DNA of 64,000 nt from Patescibacteria group bacterium (lineage in GTDB: Bacteria; Patescibacteriota; Minisyncoccia; Phycocordibacterales; EsbW-18): NCBI GenBank assembly GCA_038063815.1, contig JBBTUJ010000005.1, positions 4,875 to 68,874 of the forward strand, written 5' to 3'. The position numbers were made by a program, and so were the translations under genes. How positions within the stretch are numbered: position 1 is the stretch's first letter; each line of letters starts with the position of its first letter. The notes beneath the pieces are model-generated. The model searched no databases, was not told where the DNA came from, and was given only the letters and a program-made list of their open reading frames with translations. Below, piece by piece: positions 56,426 to 64,000 of this stretch.

Positions 56426-56959
56426 TTATGCTGCGCGCTTACCTTCCTTGCGACGAATAACTTCGGTATCGTAGCGGATTCCTTTTCCCTTGTATGGTTC
56501 CGGTGGCTTCTGATCGCGGATACGTGCTGCAAATTGTCCGACGAGTTCCTTATCAATTCCGGAAAGTGTAATCGTGCCTTTTTCAACGGTGAGTGTGATG
56601 CCGGCGGGAATCTCCATAACGACAGGGTGTGAAAATCCGAGTTGCATCGTGAGTTTATTCGCCGACGCTTCTGCGCGGAATCCAACTCCTTCAACGATGA
56701 GTTTCTTTTGGTACGCCGCGTTTACACCCTTCACCATGTTCGCGATGTGCGAGCCATATGTTCCCCACAACGGCGAGAGGTCGGTTTCCTCGTGTGCGGG
56801 TTTCAAAGTGACTTCACCGTTCTCAACAGCGATCAAGATGTCCGACTTGAAGCTTCGTGAGAGTTCTCCGAGAGGTCCTTTAACAGTTACCAACGGACCG
56901 TTAACGGTGACGGTTGTTTTCTCAGGTATCTTGATGTTTTGTTTTCCAATACGGGACAT
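56426..56959 (-). CDS. rplF: 50S ribosomal protein L6
   Basis: MSRIGKQNIKIPEKTTVTVNGPLVTVKGPLGEL... Start taken at M28 of the track ORF. Confidence 0.85.
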   Translation of the reverse strand: MSRIGKQNIKIPEKTTVTVNGPLVTVKGPLGELSRSFKSDILIAVENGEVTLKPAHEETDLSPLWGTYGSHIANMVKGVNAAYQKKLIVEGVGFRAEASANKLTMQLGFSHPVVMEIPAGITLTVEKGTITLSGIDKELVGQFAARIRDQKPPEPYKGKGIRYDTEVIRRKEGKRAA

Positions 56960-56987
56960 AGAATTACTTGTGGTGAGCGTTATCGGT

Positions 56988-57383
56988 CTACCAGATTTCG
57001 AAAAGGGCTTCGCCACCGACTTTTTCTTTTCGTGCAGCATCTCCCGTCAAAACACCTTTTGGTGTCGAGAGAATGACGCGTCCGTATCCGCGACGAACAG
57101 GAACGATATCTTTTACTGCGTAGTACACGCGCCGTGACGGTTTTGAAACGCGCTTTACGTCATGAACACGTGACCCCATGTCATCCGTTGCAACAGTAAC
57201 TTCGAGAGAGGGGCGCCCTCCTTTCTTTCCCTTTTTTGAAACATCAGAAAGAAATCCTTCTTTTTGTAAAACCTCCGCGATCGACTGTTTAATCTGAGAG
57301 TACGGAGTACGCACGACACCCTTACCTCCCTGTGCGGCATTCTTGATAGCAGTTATGAAATTTGCGATTGGATCGGTTACCAT
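56988..57383 (-). CDS. rpsH: 30S ribosomal protein S8
   Basis: [39 protein letters not shown]... Confidence 0.9.
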   Translation of the reverse strand: MVTDPIANFITAIKNAAQGGKGVVRTPYSQIKQSIAEVLQKEGFLSDVSKKGKKGGRPSLEVTVATDDMGSRVHDVKRVSKPSRRVYYAVKDIVPVRRGYGRVILSTPKGVLTGDAARKEKVGGEALFEIW

Positions 57384-57646
57384 GATGCTTTTTTAACGCC
57401 AGGAATCATTCCTTTGTTTGCGAGCTCTCGAAAACAGATACGGCAGAGACCGAAGTCCCGCATGAATCCACGAGAGCGACCGCATTTAAAACAACGGTTT
57501 TTTGAACGCACCGGCGATGCGTTCTTCTTGAGCGCTTGAAGTCCCTCATGGTCATGTGCAACCTTGAGCGCCGTGCGCTTTTCGCGGTTCTTTGCTATGA
57601 GCGTGTGCCGTTTTCGGTCTCGCGCTTTGAGGGCTGTGCGTGCCAT
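57377..57646 (-). CDS. rpsN: 30S ribosomal protein S14 (type Z, zinc-binding)
   Basis: 89 aa with [25 protein letters not shown]. Confidence 0.9.
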   Translation of the reverse strand: MARTALKARDRKRHTLIAKNREKRTALKVAHDHEGLQALKKNASPVRSKNRCFKCGRSRGFMRDFGLCRICFRELANKGMIPGVKKASW

Positions 57647-57812
57647 GAATAGTTGGTTGTAGGTCGTTGGTTGTCTGTTTTGCGACGACAGTCACAATAA
57701 AACACCTGCCTTTCTTGATACCCATGGATCACGCTGAGCGGGACCGGCTGGTATCTAAAGGCGGATAAGTCCCCCGCAAAGCGGGGCAAGCTCTCGAAAC
57801 GAAAGCCCAGCT

Positions 57813-57841
57813 ATCCTAGCAAAAAACGACCCCTCTGTCAA
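57813..57841 (-). promoter_or_regulatory. promoter-like TTGACA-N17-TAGGAT inside the rplE-rpsN spacer
   Basis: Minus-strand sense reads TTGACAGAGGGGTCGTTTTTTGCTAGGAT, directly after the L5 terminator. Confidence 0.4.
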
Positions 57842-57844
57842 AAA

Positions 57845-57880
57845 CGAAAGTCCGCTCCCTTGCGGAGCGGACTTTCACGT
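57845..57880 (-). terminator. rho-independent terminator immediately after rplE
   Basis: Minus RNA reads AAAGUCCGCUCC-GCAA-GGGAGCGGACUUU, a 12 bp perfect stem, followed by CGUUUUUG. Confidence 0.6.
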
Positions 57881-57882
57881 TC

Positions 57883-58467
57883 TTATGACTCTTTGTTTTT
57901 CTTTCCTTTCTTTTTCTTCGGTTCGGATTCCTTTTTGAAAGGGATGCCCATGTATTCAAGATATTTTTCTGCCTGTTCGCGATTCTTTGCCGTTGTGACG
58001 ATTGTCACTGCCAAACTGAATACGTCTTTCAGTTCCTCGTCTGCCGTTTCGGGGAAAATGCTGTGCTCCTTGATACCAATTGTGATATTTCCCATCGGAT
58101 CGATCGATTCACGCGCAATGCCACGAAAGTCGCGGCTTCGAGGAAGCGCGATATTGATCAGGCGATCGAGAAAATCGTGCATACGCACACCACGGAGGGT
58201 CACTTGGTATCCGATTACTGTTCCCTCACGAAGCTTGAACGATGCGATCGATTTCTTTGCCGCGCGCGGTGCGGGTTTCTGTCCCGTGATCTTCGCAAGT
58301 CGGTCCTCGATAACTTCGATCTTTTTCTTGTCCTTCACCGATCCAACACCGACAGACACGACCACTTTTGTGACATGTGGAAGTGCCATTGTGTTCTTGA
58401 CGGAAAGTGCTTCAGCGATCGTGCTGAATGCTTTTTTCTGTTTTTCTTTTATTGAAAGGGTGCTCAT
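57883..58467 (-). CDS. rplE: 50S ribosomal protein L5
   Basis: An L5 pattern throughout, with a KK-rich C-terminal tail. Confidence 0.9.
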   Translation of the reverse strand: MSTLSIKEKQKKAFSTIAEALSVKNTMALPHVTKVVVSVGVGSVKDKKKIEVIEDRLAKITGQKPAPRAAKKSIASFKLREGTVIGYQVTLRGVRMHDFLDRLINIALPRSRDFRGIARESIDPMGNITIGIKEHSIFPETADEELKDVFSLAVTIVTTAKNREQAEKYLEYMGIPFKKESEPKKKKGKKNKES

Positions 58468-58492
58468 ACCAGTTCGTTAGTTCATTAGTTGC

Positions 58493-58711
58493 TTAGTTTG
58501 TTTTCTTTACATTTGAAACGTGAATCGGCATCGACTTATCTAAGATCTGCCCCTTCTTTGTTCCCTTTCGCGCTTTCTGATGACGCTTCACAACGTTTAC
58601 ACCCTCGATCAAAACCATGTCTCTCTTGGGAAATGCTTGGAGAATCGTGCCTGTCGCACCTTTATCCTTCCCCGCAATAACTGTTATTTTGTCTCCTTTT
58701 TTGACGTGCAT
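58493..58711 (-). CDS. rplX: 50S ribosomal protein L24
   Basis: [27 protein letters not shown]... Start taken at MHVKKGD. Confidence 0.85.
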   Translation of the reverse strand: MHVKKGDKITVIAGKDKGATGTILQAFPKRDMVLIEGVNVVKRHQKARKGTKKGQILDKSMPIHVSNVKKTN

Positions 58712-58815
58712 GTTTTTAAGTTCCAAGTTCCAAAATCCAAATTCCAATCTAGGGTATCATTGTTTGGAGTTTAGTTAGTGTTTGGTATTTGGTAGTTGGA
58801 TTTTGGATTTTATTC

Positions 58816-59187
58816 TTATACAACTTCAGGCGCAAGAGAAATGATCTTCTGATATCCACGCTCACCGAGTTCGCGTGGGATGGGACCGAAGATACGGTTT
58901 GCCTTTGGTTCGGGCTTTACTTTATCAACGAGAACAACCGCGTTCTCATCAAAACGAACGTATGATCCATCCTTGCGACGGAATGCTTTCGTTTGACGAA
59001 CCACAACAGCGTGGACGACCTCCTTTTTCTTGACCGCTTTGCGGGGTTGTGCGAGCTGAATCGAGATCACCACCTTGTCCCCGATTGAAGCGTAGCGTTT
59101 ACGTGATCCGCCCAATACCTTGAACACACGACCCAATGTCGCACCTGAGTTGTCAGCAATATTCACGATGGAACGAGGTTGGATCAT
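58816..59187 (-). CDS. rplN: 50S ribosomal protein L14
   Basis: MIQPRSIVNIADNSGATLGRVFKVLGG... Confidence 0.9.
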   Translation of the reverse strand: MIQPRSIVNIADNSGATLGRVFKVLGGSRKRYASIGDKVVISIQLAQPRKAVKKKEVVHAVVVRQTKAFRRKDGSYVRFDENAVVLVDKVKPEPKANRIFGPIPRELGERGYQKIISLAPEVV

Positions 59188-59189
59188 AA

Positions 59190-59438
59190 CTATGCAACTA
59201 CTTTAAAGTGCTTATCTTTTGAGATCGGGCGCGTTTCGACGATTGTTACCTTGTCTCCGACTGCAAGCGTGTTCCCAGGATTGTGCGCCTTGTATCGCTT
59301 TCGTGTCTGCATGTACTTTCCGTACTTCGGGTGCTTCACGTACCGCTCAACAATGACAACAACCGTGTCTTTCATCTTGTTTGATACGACGACACCTGAG
59401 AGCGTTTTTGTTTTTTTAACTGTGTTTTCCATATGCAT
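59190..59438 (-). CDS. rpsQ: 30S ribosomal protein S17
   Basis: TLSGVVVSNKMKDTVVVIVERYVKHPKYGKY... Confidence 0.9.
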   Translation of the reverse strand: MHMENTVKKTKTLSGVVVSNKMKDTVVVIVERYVKHPKYGKYMQTRKRYKAHNPGNTLAVGDKVTIVETRPISKDKHFKVVA

Positions 59439-59632
59439 TATGCGTTCCGTCGCGCCGACATGGCTGTTAATGCACGGGCGATATCCTTGCGGTTCTCACG
59501 TACTTTCTTCACATCTCTTCCCTTACTCCCTGCAACAACGAATCGTTCACGGCGAATCGCCTCTCGTGTCTCATCAACGAGAGAGAAGAGTTCTTTGTCA
59601 TTTTTCTTTTGTATATCGGTCATGGATGCCAT
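59438..59632 (-). CDS. rpmC: 50S ribosomal protein L29
   Basis: 64 aa, ...ELFSLVDETREAIRRERF... Confidence 0.8.
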   Translation of the reverse strand: MASMTDIQKKNDKELFSLVDETREAIRRERFVVAGSKGRDVKKVRENRKDIARALTAMSARRNA

Positions 59633-59650
59633 GTGGAGTGGAAAGTTGCA

Positions 59651-59737
59651 GGTTATAAGGTTTATAAAGTAAATGCAAGGTTTTTTTCTTTATGAACTTT
59701 ATAACTTGATAAACTTTATGAACTTTTATTTTAGTGT
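59651..59737. repeat. AT-rich dispersed palindromic repeat (one of 6 copies), rpmC-rplP spacer
   Basis: GGTTATAAGGTTTATAAAGT...TTTATGAACTTTATAACTTGATAAACTTTATGAACTTTT. The other copies are at 27481-27566, 41721-41801, 42964-43038, 61281-61386 and 63716-63808. Confidence 0.65.
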
Positions 59738-60153
59738 GTGCGCGAAACAATCTTTGTAATGACGGGCATCTTTGCTCCACCCTTGCGCAACACCTCTCGC
59801 GCAAGCACCTCGTCAACTCCGTCAACTTCAAAAAGCATTCGTCCTGCTTGAATCGGTGCCACAAAACCAACAGGTGCCCCTTTTCCTTTACCCATGCCGA
59901 CTTCCGATCCTTTTGCCGTCACCGGTCGGTCAGGAAAAATCCGCGTCCAGATTGTTCCGTTCTTTCCAAGTGCGCGACGCATCACACGGCGAGATGCTTC
60001 AATCTGGTTACTGGTGATGCGACCAGGGGCCATCGCTTTCAAACCATACGCACCGAAAGAGAGTTTGACGCCACGCCCAGCAAGACCAACACGCAAAGGA
60101 TTGCGCCGTCCTGTCTGCCACTTTCTGTATTTTACTTTTTTAGGAAACAACAT
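59731..60153 (-). CDS. rplP: 50S ribosomal protein L16
   Basis: MLFPKKVKYRKWQTGRRNPLRVGLAGRG... Confidence 0.9.
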   Translation of the reverse strand: MLFPKKVKYRKWQTGRRNPLRVGLAGRGVKLSFGAYGLKAMAPGRITSNQIEASRRVMRRALGKNGTIWTRIFPDRPVTAKGSEVGMGKGKGAPVGFVAPIQAGRMLFEVDGVDEVLAREVLRKGGAKMPVITKIVSRTH

Positions 60154-60176
60154 ATACGTTCAAAGTATGAAAAAAT

Positions 60177-60863
60177 CTATCGTTTTGCGGCTGCCGCTTT
60201 TTCTGCTTCTTGTGCAAAGATCTCTCCGCGGTAGATCCATACACGGATACCGATTTGTCCCTGCGGAATGTGCGCCTCATCATGCGCGTAATCAATGTCT
60301 GCGCGGAATGTCTGAAGCGGAATACGACCTCGTTTGATCTGTTCCCTGCGTGCCATGTCAGCACCGCCCAATCGTCCTGCAAGGTGGATACGCACTCCTT
60401 CAACATCCCTGTTTGCCATCACTTTCTCTGCTGTTTGTTTGAGGACGCGGCGGAATGGGAGACGTTTCTCGATACCTTCACGAACCATGAGCGCAACAAT
60501 CGCCGCATTTGATTCAGGGGACTTGATTTCTTCAACATCAAATTTGACCGTTTCTGCACCAGCAAGTTTATTGTCGAGAATGAATGCTTCAAGCAACTTC
60601 CGGATACGTGAGATACCCTCTCCGCTCTTTCCGATGATAAGACCGGGGCGTGATGTTTTGACGAGAATCTTCAATTGGTTTCCGTGTCGTTCCATCTCGA
60701 TGCCACCAACGTGCATCTCGCGCATGAGTTTGTGGAGAAAGCCGCGCACGAGAACGTCCGTTTTGAGGAATGCCTGATAGTCACCATTACGCGCGAACCA
60801 ACGCGACTGCCAATCGCGCAAAATTCCGAGGCGGTGTGCAAATGGATGAACGTGGTGTGTCAT
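60177..60863 (-). CDS. rpsC: 30S ribosomal protein S3
   Basis: KH domain LIIGKSGEGISRIRKLL plus an S3 C-terminal pattern. Confidence 0.9.
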   Translation of the reverse strand: MTHHVHPFAHRLGILRDWQSRWFARNGDYQAFLKTDVLVRGFLHKLMREMHVGGIEMERHGNQLKILVKTSRPGLIIGKSGEGISRIRKLLEAFILDNKLAGAETVKFDVEEIKSPESNAAIVALMVREGIEKRLPFRRVLKQTAEKVMANRDVEGVRIHLAGRLGGADMARREQIKRGRIPLQTFRADIDYAHDEAHIPQGQIGIRVWIYRGEIFAQEAEKAAAAKR

Positions 60864-60890
60864 AAATAATAGAAGTGAGAGGGTTTGAAG

Positions 60891-61277
60891 TTAGGCGTTA
60901 GCGGCTGGTTTGGTCTTGGATTTTTTTGGTTTTTGAATTTTGGATTTTGGATTTTCTTGTGCGAGAACAAGGATGATATTGCTTGCGTGCTTGTCAATCC
61001 GTGTTGCCCGTCCTTGTGCTCGAGGAATCGAGCGACGCATCGTGAGACCCTTATCAACCCGGATTTCTTTGATGATGAGCGACTCAACACCGATACCATC
61101 TTTGCTTTTTGCATTTGCGATTGCTGACTCCACCAATTTTTTGAGCGCGCCCGTTGCACGCTTCGGTGTTGTATCCAAAAGAAGAAGCGCTCGGGTAACC
61201 GACTTTCCTTTGATGAGATCGGCGACAAGACGCACCTTTCTCGGCGATTGTCTGTAGTTTTTAAGGTACGCGCGCAT
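60891..61277 (-). CDS. rplV: 50S ribosomal protein L22 with Lys/Pro-rich C-terminal tail
   Basis: MRAYLKNYRQSPRKVRLVADLIKGKSVTRALLLL... The tail is encoded by a CA-rich AAATCCAAAATCCAAA repeat. Confidence 0.9.
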   Translation of the reverse strand: MRAYLKNYRQSPRKVRLVADLIKGKSVTRALLLLDTTPKRATGALKKLVESAIANAKSKDGIGVESLIIKEIRVDKGLTMRRSIPRAQGRATRIDKHASNIILVLAQENPKSKIQKPKKSKTKPAANA

Positions 61278-61280
61278 GGT

Positions 61281-61386
61281 AGTTATAAAGTTCGAAAGTT
61301 ATAAAGTTCATCAAGTTCGTATAGGAATTTGAGATTGAAGAGATTTTGACTTTATAACTTTATAAACCTGATAAACTTTTTACTTT
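61281..61386. repeat. AT-rich dispersed palindromic repeat copy, rpsS-rplV spacer
   Basis: AGTTATAAAGTTCGAAAGTTATAAAGTTCATCAAGTT...GACTTTATAACTTTATAAACCTGATAAACTTTTTACTTTTT. Confidence 0.65.
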
Positions 61387-61736
61387 TTGGCTGCCGGTGC
61401 TGCTGCAGTATCCGCTGCGGCCTTCGCCCCCTTCGCTGCTGCGATCTCTGCGTCCTTCTTCGCTTGGTCGAGTGCCTTTTGCATCTGTCCTCCGTGTCGG
61501 CGGAATGTCTTTGTTGGTGAAAATTCACCAAGACGGTGTCCAACCATTTCTTCGGTTACAAACACATCGAGAAAACTCTTCCCGTTGTGTACACCAAATG
61601 TATATCCGACCATTTCAGGCGCAATGATACTCGCGCGAGCCCATGTTTTGATGGTCGCACCACCGGCTTTTCCGGCAGCAACCTTCTTCATGAGTTTCGC
61701 GTTCAAATATGGTCCTTTCTTGAGGGATCGGGTCAT
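61380..61736 (-). CDS. rpsS: 30S ribosomal protein S19 with Ala/Lys-rich C-terminal tail
   Basis: [19 protein letters not shown]...[18 protein letters not shown]. The start is taken at M17 of the track ORF. The stop codon lies inside an AT-rich repeat copy. Confidence 0.85.
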   Translation of the reverse strand: MTRSLKKGPYLNAKLMKKVAAGKAGGATIKTWARASIIAPEMVGYTFGVHNGKSFLDVFVTEEMVGHRLGEFSPTKTFRRHGGQMQKALDQAKKDAEIAAAKGAKAAADTAAAPAAKK

Positions 61737-61895
61737 GGATGTTGAACAAAAAGAGCCCCAGTGGCTCGCAAAGTATCGTAGCAAAAAATAAGGAAATGTA
61801 AACCCCTACCACAACATCCTGACTAAACACTCGGTGTCCGGTCAAACTGACCGGACACCGAGTGTTGCACGTACCGATGTAATGTCTGTAAAACC

Positions 61896-61924
61896 TTGTG
61901 GAGGTGTGCAAAACGAGGTATAGT
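61896..61924 (+). promoter_or_regulatory. plus-strand promoter-like TTGTGG-N17-TATAGT inside the rplB-rpsS spacer
   Basis: TTGTGGAGGTGTGCAAAACGAGGTATAGT. It would drive the antisense 66 aa minigene. Confidence 0.4.
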
Positions 61925-62006
61925 TTTTGTTGGGCACAGTTCTTTGTTTTTTGTAGTTTGGAATCACCTTTTCCGCATGGAGCGGAAGGGTTCGCAGGAG
62001 AAGCAC

Positions 62007-62207
62007 ATGAAGGATGCGGAGCGGAACGAAACCGACCAGCCATGCCTTTGCGAAAAGAGTCACGCCGTCATGCAGCGGCATGGCAAACCGACCGAGGTTC
62101 GAATTCTGAGCCTCAGCCACCGCAGAGGAACTGCCTGCGTCCGACCGCTCAAGGGAGCGTCGGGGACACTGGTCGTCTCAATCGCTGCCCTCGTCGCTCT
62201 CACGTAA
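62007..62207 (+). CDS. hypothetical small protein (66 aa) encoded antisense within the rplB-rpsS spacer
   Basis: MKDAERNETDQPCLCEKSHAVMQRHGKPTEVRILSLSHRRGTACVRPLKGASGTLVVSIAALVALT. SD AGGAGA lies 5 nt upstream. About 60% GC. A promoter sits upstream and an intrinsic terminator at 62241-62270 downstream. Confidence 0.4.
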   Translation: MKDAERNETDQPCLCEKSHAVMQRHGKPTEVRILSLSHRRGTACVRPLKGASGTLVVSIAALVALT

Positions 62208-62240
62208 CACCCCCCCTCGCACTACCCCCCACCCCCCGAA

Positions 62241-62270
62241 GGCGCCGCAAGTAGTACGCGGCGCCTTTTC
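62241..62270 (+). terminator. plus-strand intrinsic terminator (GGCGCCGC-loop-GCGGCGCC-TTTTCTC)
   Basis: 8 bp GC stem, 9 nt loop and a T-tract, 34 nt after the stop of the 66 aa ORF. Confidence 0.5.
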
Positions 62271-62275
62271 TCATT

Positions 62276-62309
62276 CACAAAACCACCCCCGCCTTTCGGC
62301 GGGGGTGGT
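62276..62309 (-). terminator. minus-strand intrinsic terminator directly after rplB
   Basis: Minus RNA reads ACCACCCCCGCC-GAAA-GGCGGGGGUGGU followed by UUUUGUG, 16 nt after the L2 stop. Confidence 0.55.
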
Positions 62310-62325
62310 CTCTTTCAATTTATTT

Positions 62326-63180
62326 TTACTGGTTCCGTTTCTTTCCAACACGTCGCCTCTCTGAAATGAGGTGGTCTGAGTATTTGTTGTGGCGGCGCGT
62401 CTTGTGTCCCTTTCCTGTGTTCTTTCCGTGTCGTGTTCGTGCGCGTCGGTGTCCACGTCCTTGTCGTCCTTCACCACCACCGTGTGGGTGATCAACTGGG
62501 TTCATCGCAGTACCACGCACCTTCGGACGGATTCCCATCCAACGTGAGCGTCCCGCTTTTCCAAGAACCTGCAAACGAAATTCAGGATTTGAGACCTCAC
62601 CAATTGATGCCCATGCGCCTTCAGGAACTCTTCGGATTTCTGTTGACGGCATTTTGAGAAGTGTGTACCCCCCGTCGTGCGCAACGACTTCCGCATAGTT
62701 TCCTGCCGAGCGGCTCAATTTTGCACCGCCATTTGATTTGAGTTCGATGTTGTAGACGAATGTACCAACAACAATCTTTGCGAGGGGCAATCGGTTGCCC
62801 GGAGTTACGGGAGCACTCTCGGATGTAAGAACTGTTGCGCCAACTTTGAGCGATTGCGGAGCGAGAATGTAGCGGCGCTCGCCATCTTTATACAAAAGAA
62901 GTGCAATGAATCCCGTGCGGTTCGGATCATATTCGATCGCTTCAACGCGCGCAGGAATATCTTTTTTGTTATACATGAAATCAACATCACGGAATCGGCG
63001 CTTGTGCCCTCCACCTGTTGAGCGCGTCGTCAAACGTCCGCGTGAGTTACGACCGACCGCAGGAGAAAATCCTTTGGTGAGTGCCTTGTGCGGCTTTCCA
63101 GACGTCGAGGTCAAAACACCGCGATACGTCACGGTAGACATTCCTCTTCGGCCTGCTGATGTTGGTTTGTGGTGCTTCAT
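62326..63180 (-). CDS. rplB: 50S ribosomal protein L2
   Basis: 284 aa, ...GGGHKRRFRDVDF...HPHGGGEGR... Confidence 0.9.
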   Translation of the reverse strand: MKHHKPTSAGRRGMSTVTYRGVLTSTSGKPHKALTKGFSPAVGRNSRGRLTTRSTGGGHKRRFRDVDFMYNKKDIPARVEAIEYDPNRTGFIALLLYKDGERRYILAPQSLKVGATVLTSESAPVTPGNRLPLAKIVVGTFVYNIELKSNGGAKLSRSAGNYAEVVAHDGGYTLLKMPSTEIRRVPEGAWASIGEVSNPEFRLQVLGKAGRSRWMGIRPKVRGTAMNPVDHPHGGGEGRQGRGHRRARTRHGKNTGKGHKTRRHNKYSDHLISERRRVGKKRNQ

Positions 63181-63243
63181 GACAGTTTGTAAGTTTTTTA
63201 GTTTATTGGTTTTGAACTAAAGCGTAGCGTAACTAATAAACTA

Positions 63244-63708
63244 TTAAACTAATTCTATGGTTTCTCCTTTTTTCAACTGCACGTATGCTTTCTTGCCGCC
63301 CTGTTGTACTCCGGCGATACCACGACGATTCACCCGACGTTTTGCAGGAATCGTCACGACACGAATCGAAACGGGTGTGACATTGTAGACATCCTTAATC
63401 GCATTCGCAATCTGACGTTTTCCCGCAGCCGGCAATACATCAAATGTATACACGTTGTTTCCCGTGTGCATCGTGGCTTTCTCGGTGATACGCGGACGAC
63501 GAAGGATATTCGCGTTTGTTTTTCCTGTTCCGTGTCCTGCGGAAATCGTTTTTGCCTGTGCATTCTCCCCATCACCTGGTGTACGTGCAACATCAGCGGA
63601 TTTTGCATCGTGCGCTGCCTCGCGGTTTTCATCTTGTTTCGCACGACGAACAAACATCGATGTTTTCGCTTTTGCACTGTCTTTTGATTCTTTTCGTTTA
63701 AAAAGCAT
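63244..63708 (-). CDS. rplW: 50S ribosomal protein L23 with about 65 aa charged N-terminal extension
   Basis: The C-terminal roughly 95 aa reads ILRRPRITEKATM...VVTIPAKRRVNRRGIAGVQQGGKKAYVQL. It is unclear whether the N-terminal extension is real. Confidence 0.75.
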   Translation of the reverse strand: MLFKRKESKDSAKAKTSMFVRRAKQDENREAAHDAKSADVARTPGDGENAQAKTISAGHGTGKTNANILRRPRITEKATMHTGNNVYTFDVLPAAGKRQIANAIKDVYNVTPVSIRVVTIPAKRRVNRRGIAGVQQGGKKAYVQLKKGETIELV

Positions 63709-63715
63709 ATCAGTG

Positions 63716-63808
63716 AGTTATAAAGTTGAAGGTTATAAGGTTTATCAAGTTAGAAATAGATTGCGTATGAACTTTATGAACTTGACGGACCTGATGAACT
63801 TTTTACTT
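63716..63808. repeat. AT-rich dispersed palindromic repeat copy, rplD-rplW spacer
   Basis: GAGTTATAAAGTTGAAGGTTATAAGGTTTATCAAGTT...ATGAACTTTATGAACTTGACGGACCTGATGAACTTTTTACTTTTT. Confidence 0.65.
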
Positions 63809-64000
63809 TTTCTTCAAGTGTCTTTACTGCCTCTTCTGGATTTTCGATTATGAGGTAGGTACTTGCGAGCACGTCAACAACGTTCACGTTTCGAACCTCT
63901 TCAACAGAGATGCTTCCGATGTTCTGGAAACTCTTCTTTGCGGCAACATTGTTGCCTGAGAGAAGGATGAGCGCTGCGTTCGTGTTCTTTGTTGTGAGTT
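63774..64000 (-). CDS. rplD: 50S ribosomal protein L4 (C-terminal part; gene continues beyond the window end)
   Basis: Minus frame reads ...AALILLSGNNVAAKKSFQNIGSISVEEVRNVNVVDVLASTYLIIENPEEAVKTLEEK... The stop lies inside an AT-rich repeat copy. Confidence 0.55.
   Translation of the reverse strand, partial: LTTKNTNAALILLSGNNVAAKKSFQNIGSISVEEVRNVNVVDVLASTYLIIENPEEAVKTLEEKVKSSSGPSSS

Noticed and set aside
61896-62254. Longer plus-strand ORFs (103 and 118 aa) in the rplB-rpsS spacer.
   Set aside because: They begin upstream of, or at, the predicted promoter. Only the 66 aa frame starting at 62007 has an SD and sits between promoter and terminator, and even that is tentative.

Overview
This 64 kb window looks like a compact, roughly 47-48% GC bacterial genome with Candidate Phyla Radiation (Patescibacteria) hallmarks. 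Ribosomal protein L30 is missing between S5 and L15, several ribosomal proteins carry charged low-complexity tails, the 16S rRNA gene has large insertions, and almost every gene is on the minus strand.

Layout, in coordinate order:
- 1-16964: a large glycan-modification island. It holds a TylF-like O-methyltransferase, a DXD glycosyltransferase, a B12-binding radical SAM enzyme, a PMT/ArnT-like membrane glycosyltransferase, one GT2, one GT-B glycosyltransferase and five GT4 enzymes, three class I SAM methyltransferases and two oxidoreductases.
- 16992-18341: a secreted LTD-PKD-LTD surface protein with a poly-Ser/Thr linker.
- 18387-22096: a soluble VirD4/TraD-like ATPase, a small GC-rich ORF and a glycoside-hydrolase-like membrane protein.
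- 22785-25975: rsmI, a NUDIX hydrolase, a sugar nucleotidyltransferase and alr.
- 25984-28853: a tRNA-like fragment, tRNA-Leu(CAG), tRNA-Ile(GAT), a small promoter/SD/terminator-equipped ORF and a 16S rRNA gene with two structured insertions and no recognisable anti-Shine-Dalgarno tail.
- 29043-37264: a GIY-YIG minigene flanked by perfect 21 bp inverted repeats, recG, an ABC exporter, a NYN protein, tRNA-Ile(TAT) and a DEAD-box helicase.
- 37662-44820: ftsH, rplT-rpmI-infC, tmRNA plus smpB, an MBL-fold RNase and a VanZ-like protein.
- 45118-52218: a second VirD4/TraD-like ATPase operon, with a 990 aa disordered protein and an adenylate-kinase paralog, fused directly downstream of map.
- 52227-64000: the S10-spc cluster from rplD to map, also minus strand.

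Observations worth a second look:
- A dispersed AT-rich palindromic repeat occurs six times, including once inside the 16S gene.
- A GC-rich palindromic hairpin family occurs in the 16S V2 region and in the tRNA spacer.
- CA-rich repeat leaders precede or tail several ribosomal-cluster genes.
- GC-rich (57-62%), SD-bearing, terminator-equipped minigenes are embedded in an otherwise SD-poor genome. One of them sits antisense inside the rplB-rpsS spacer.
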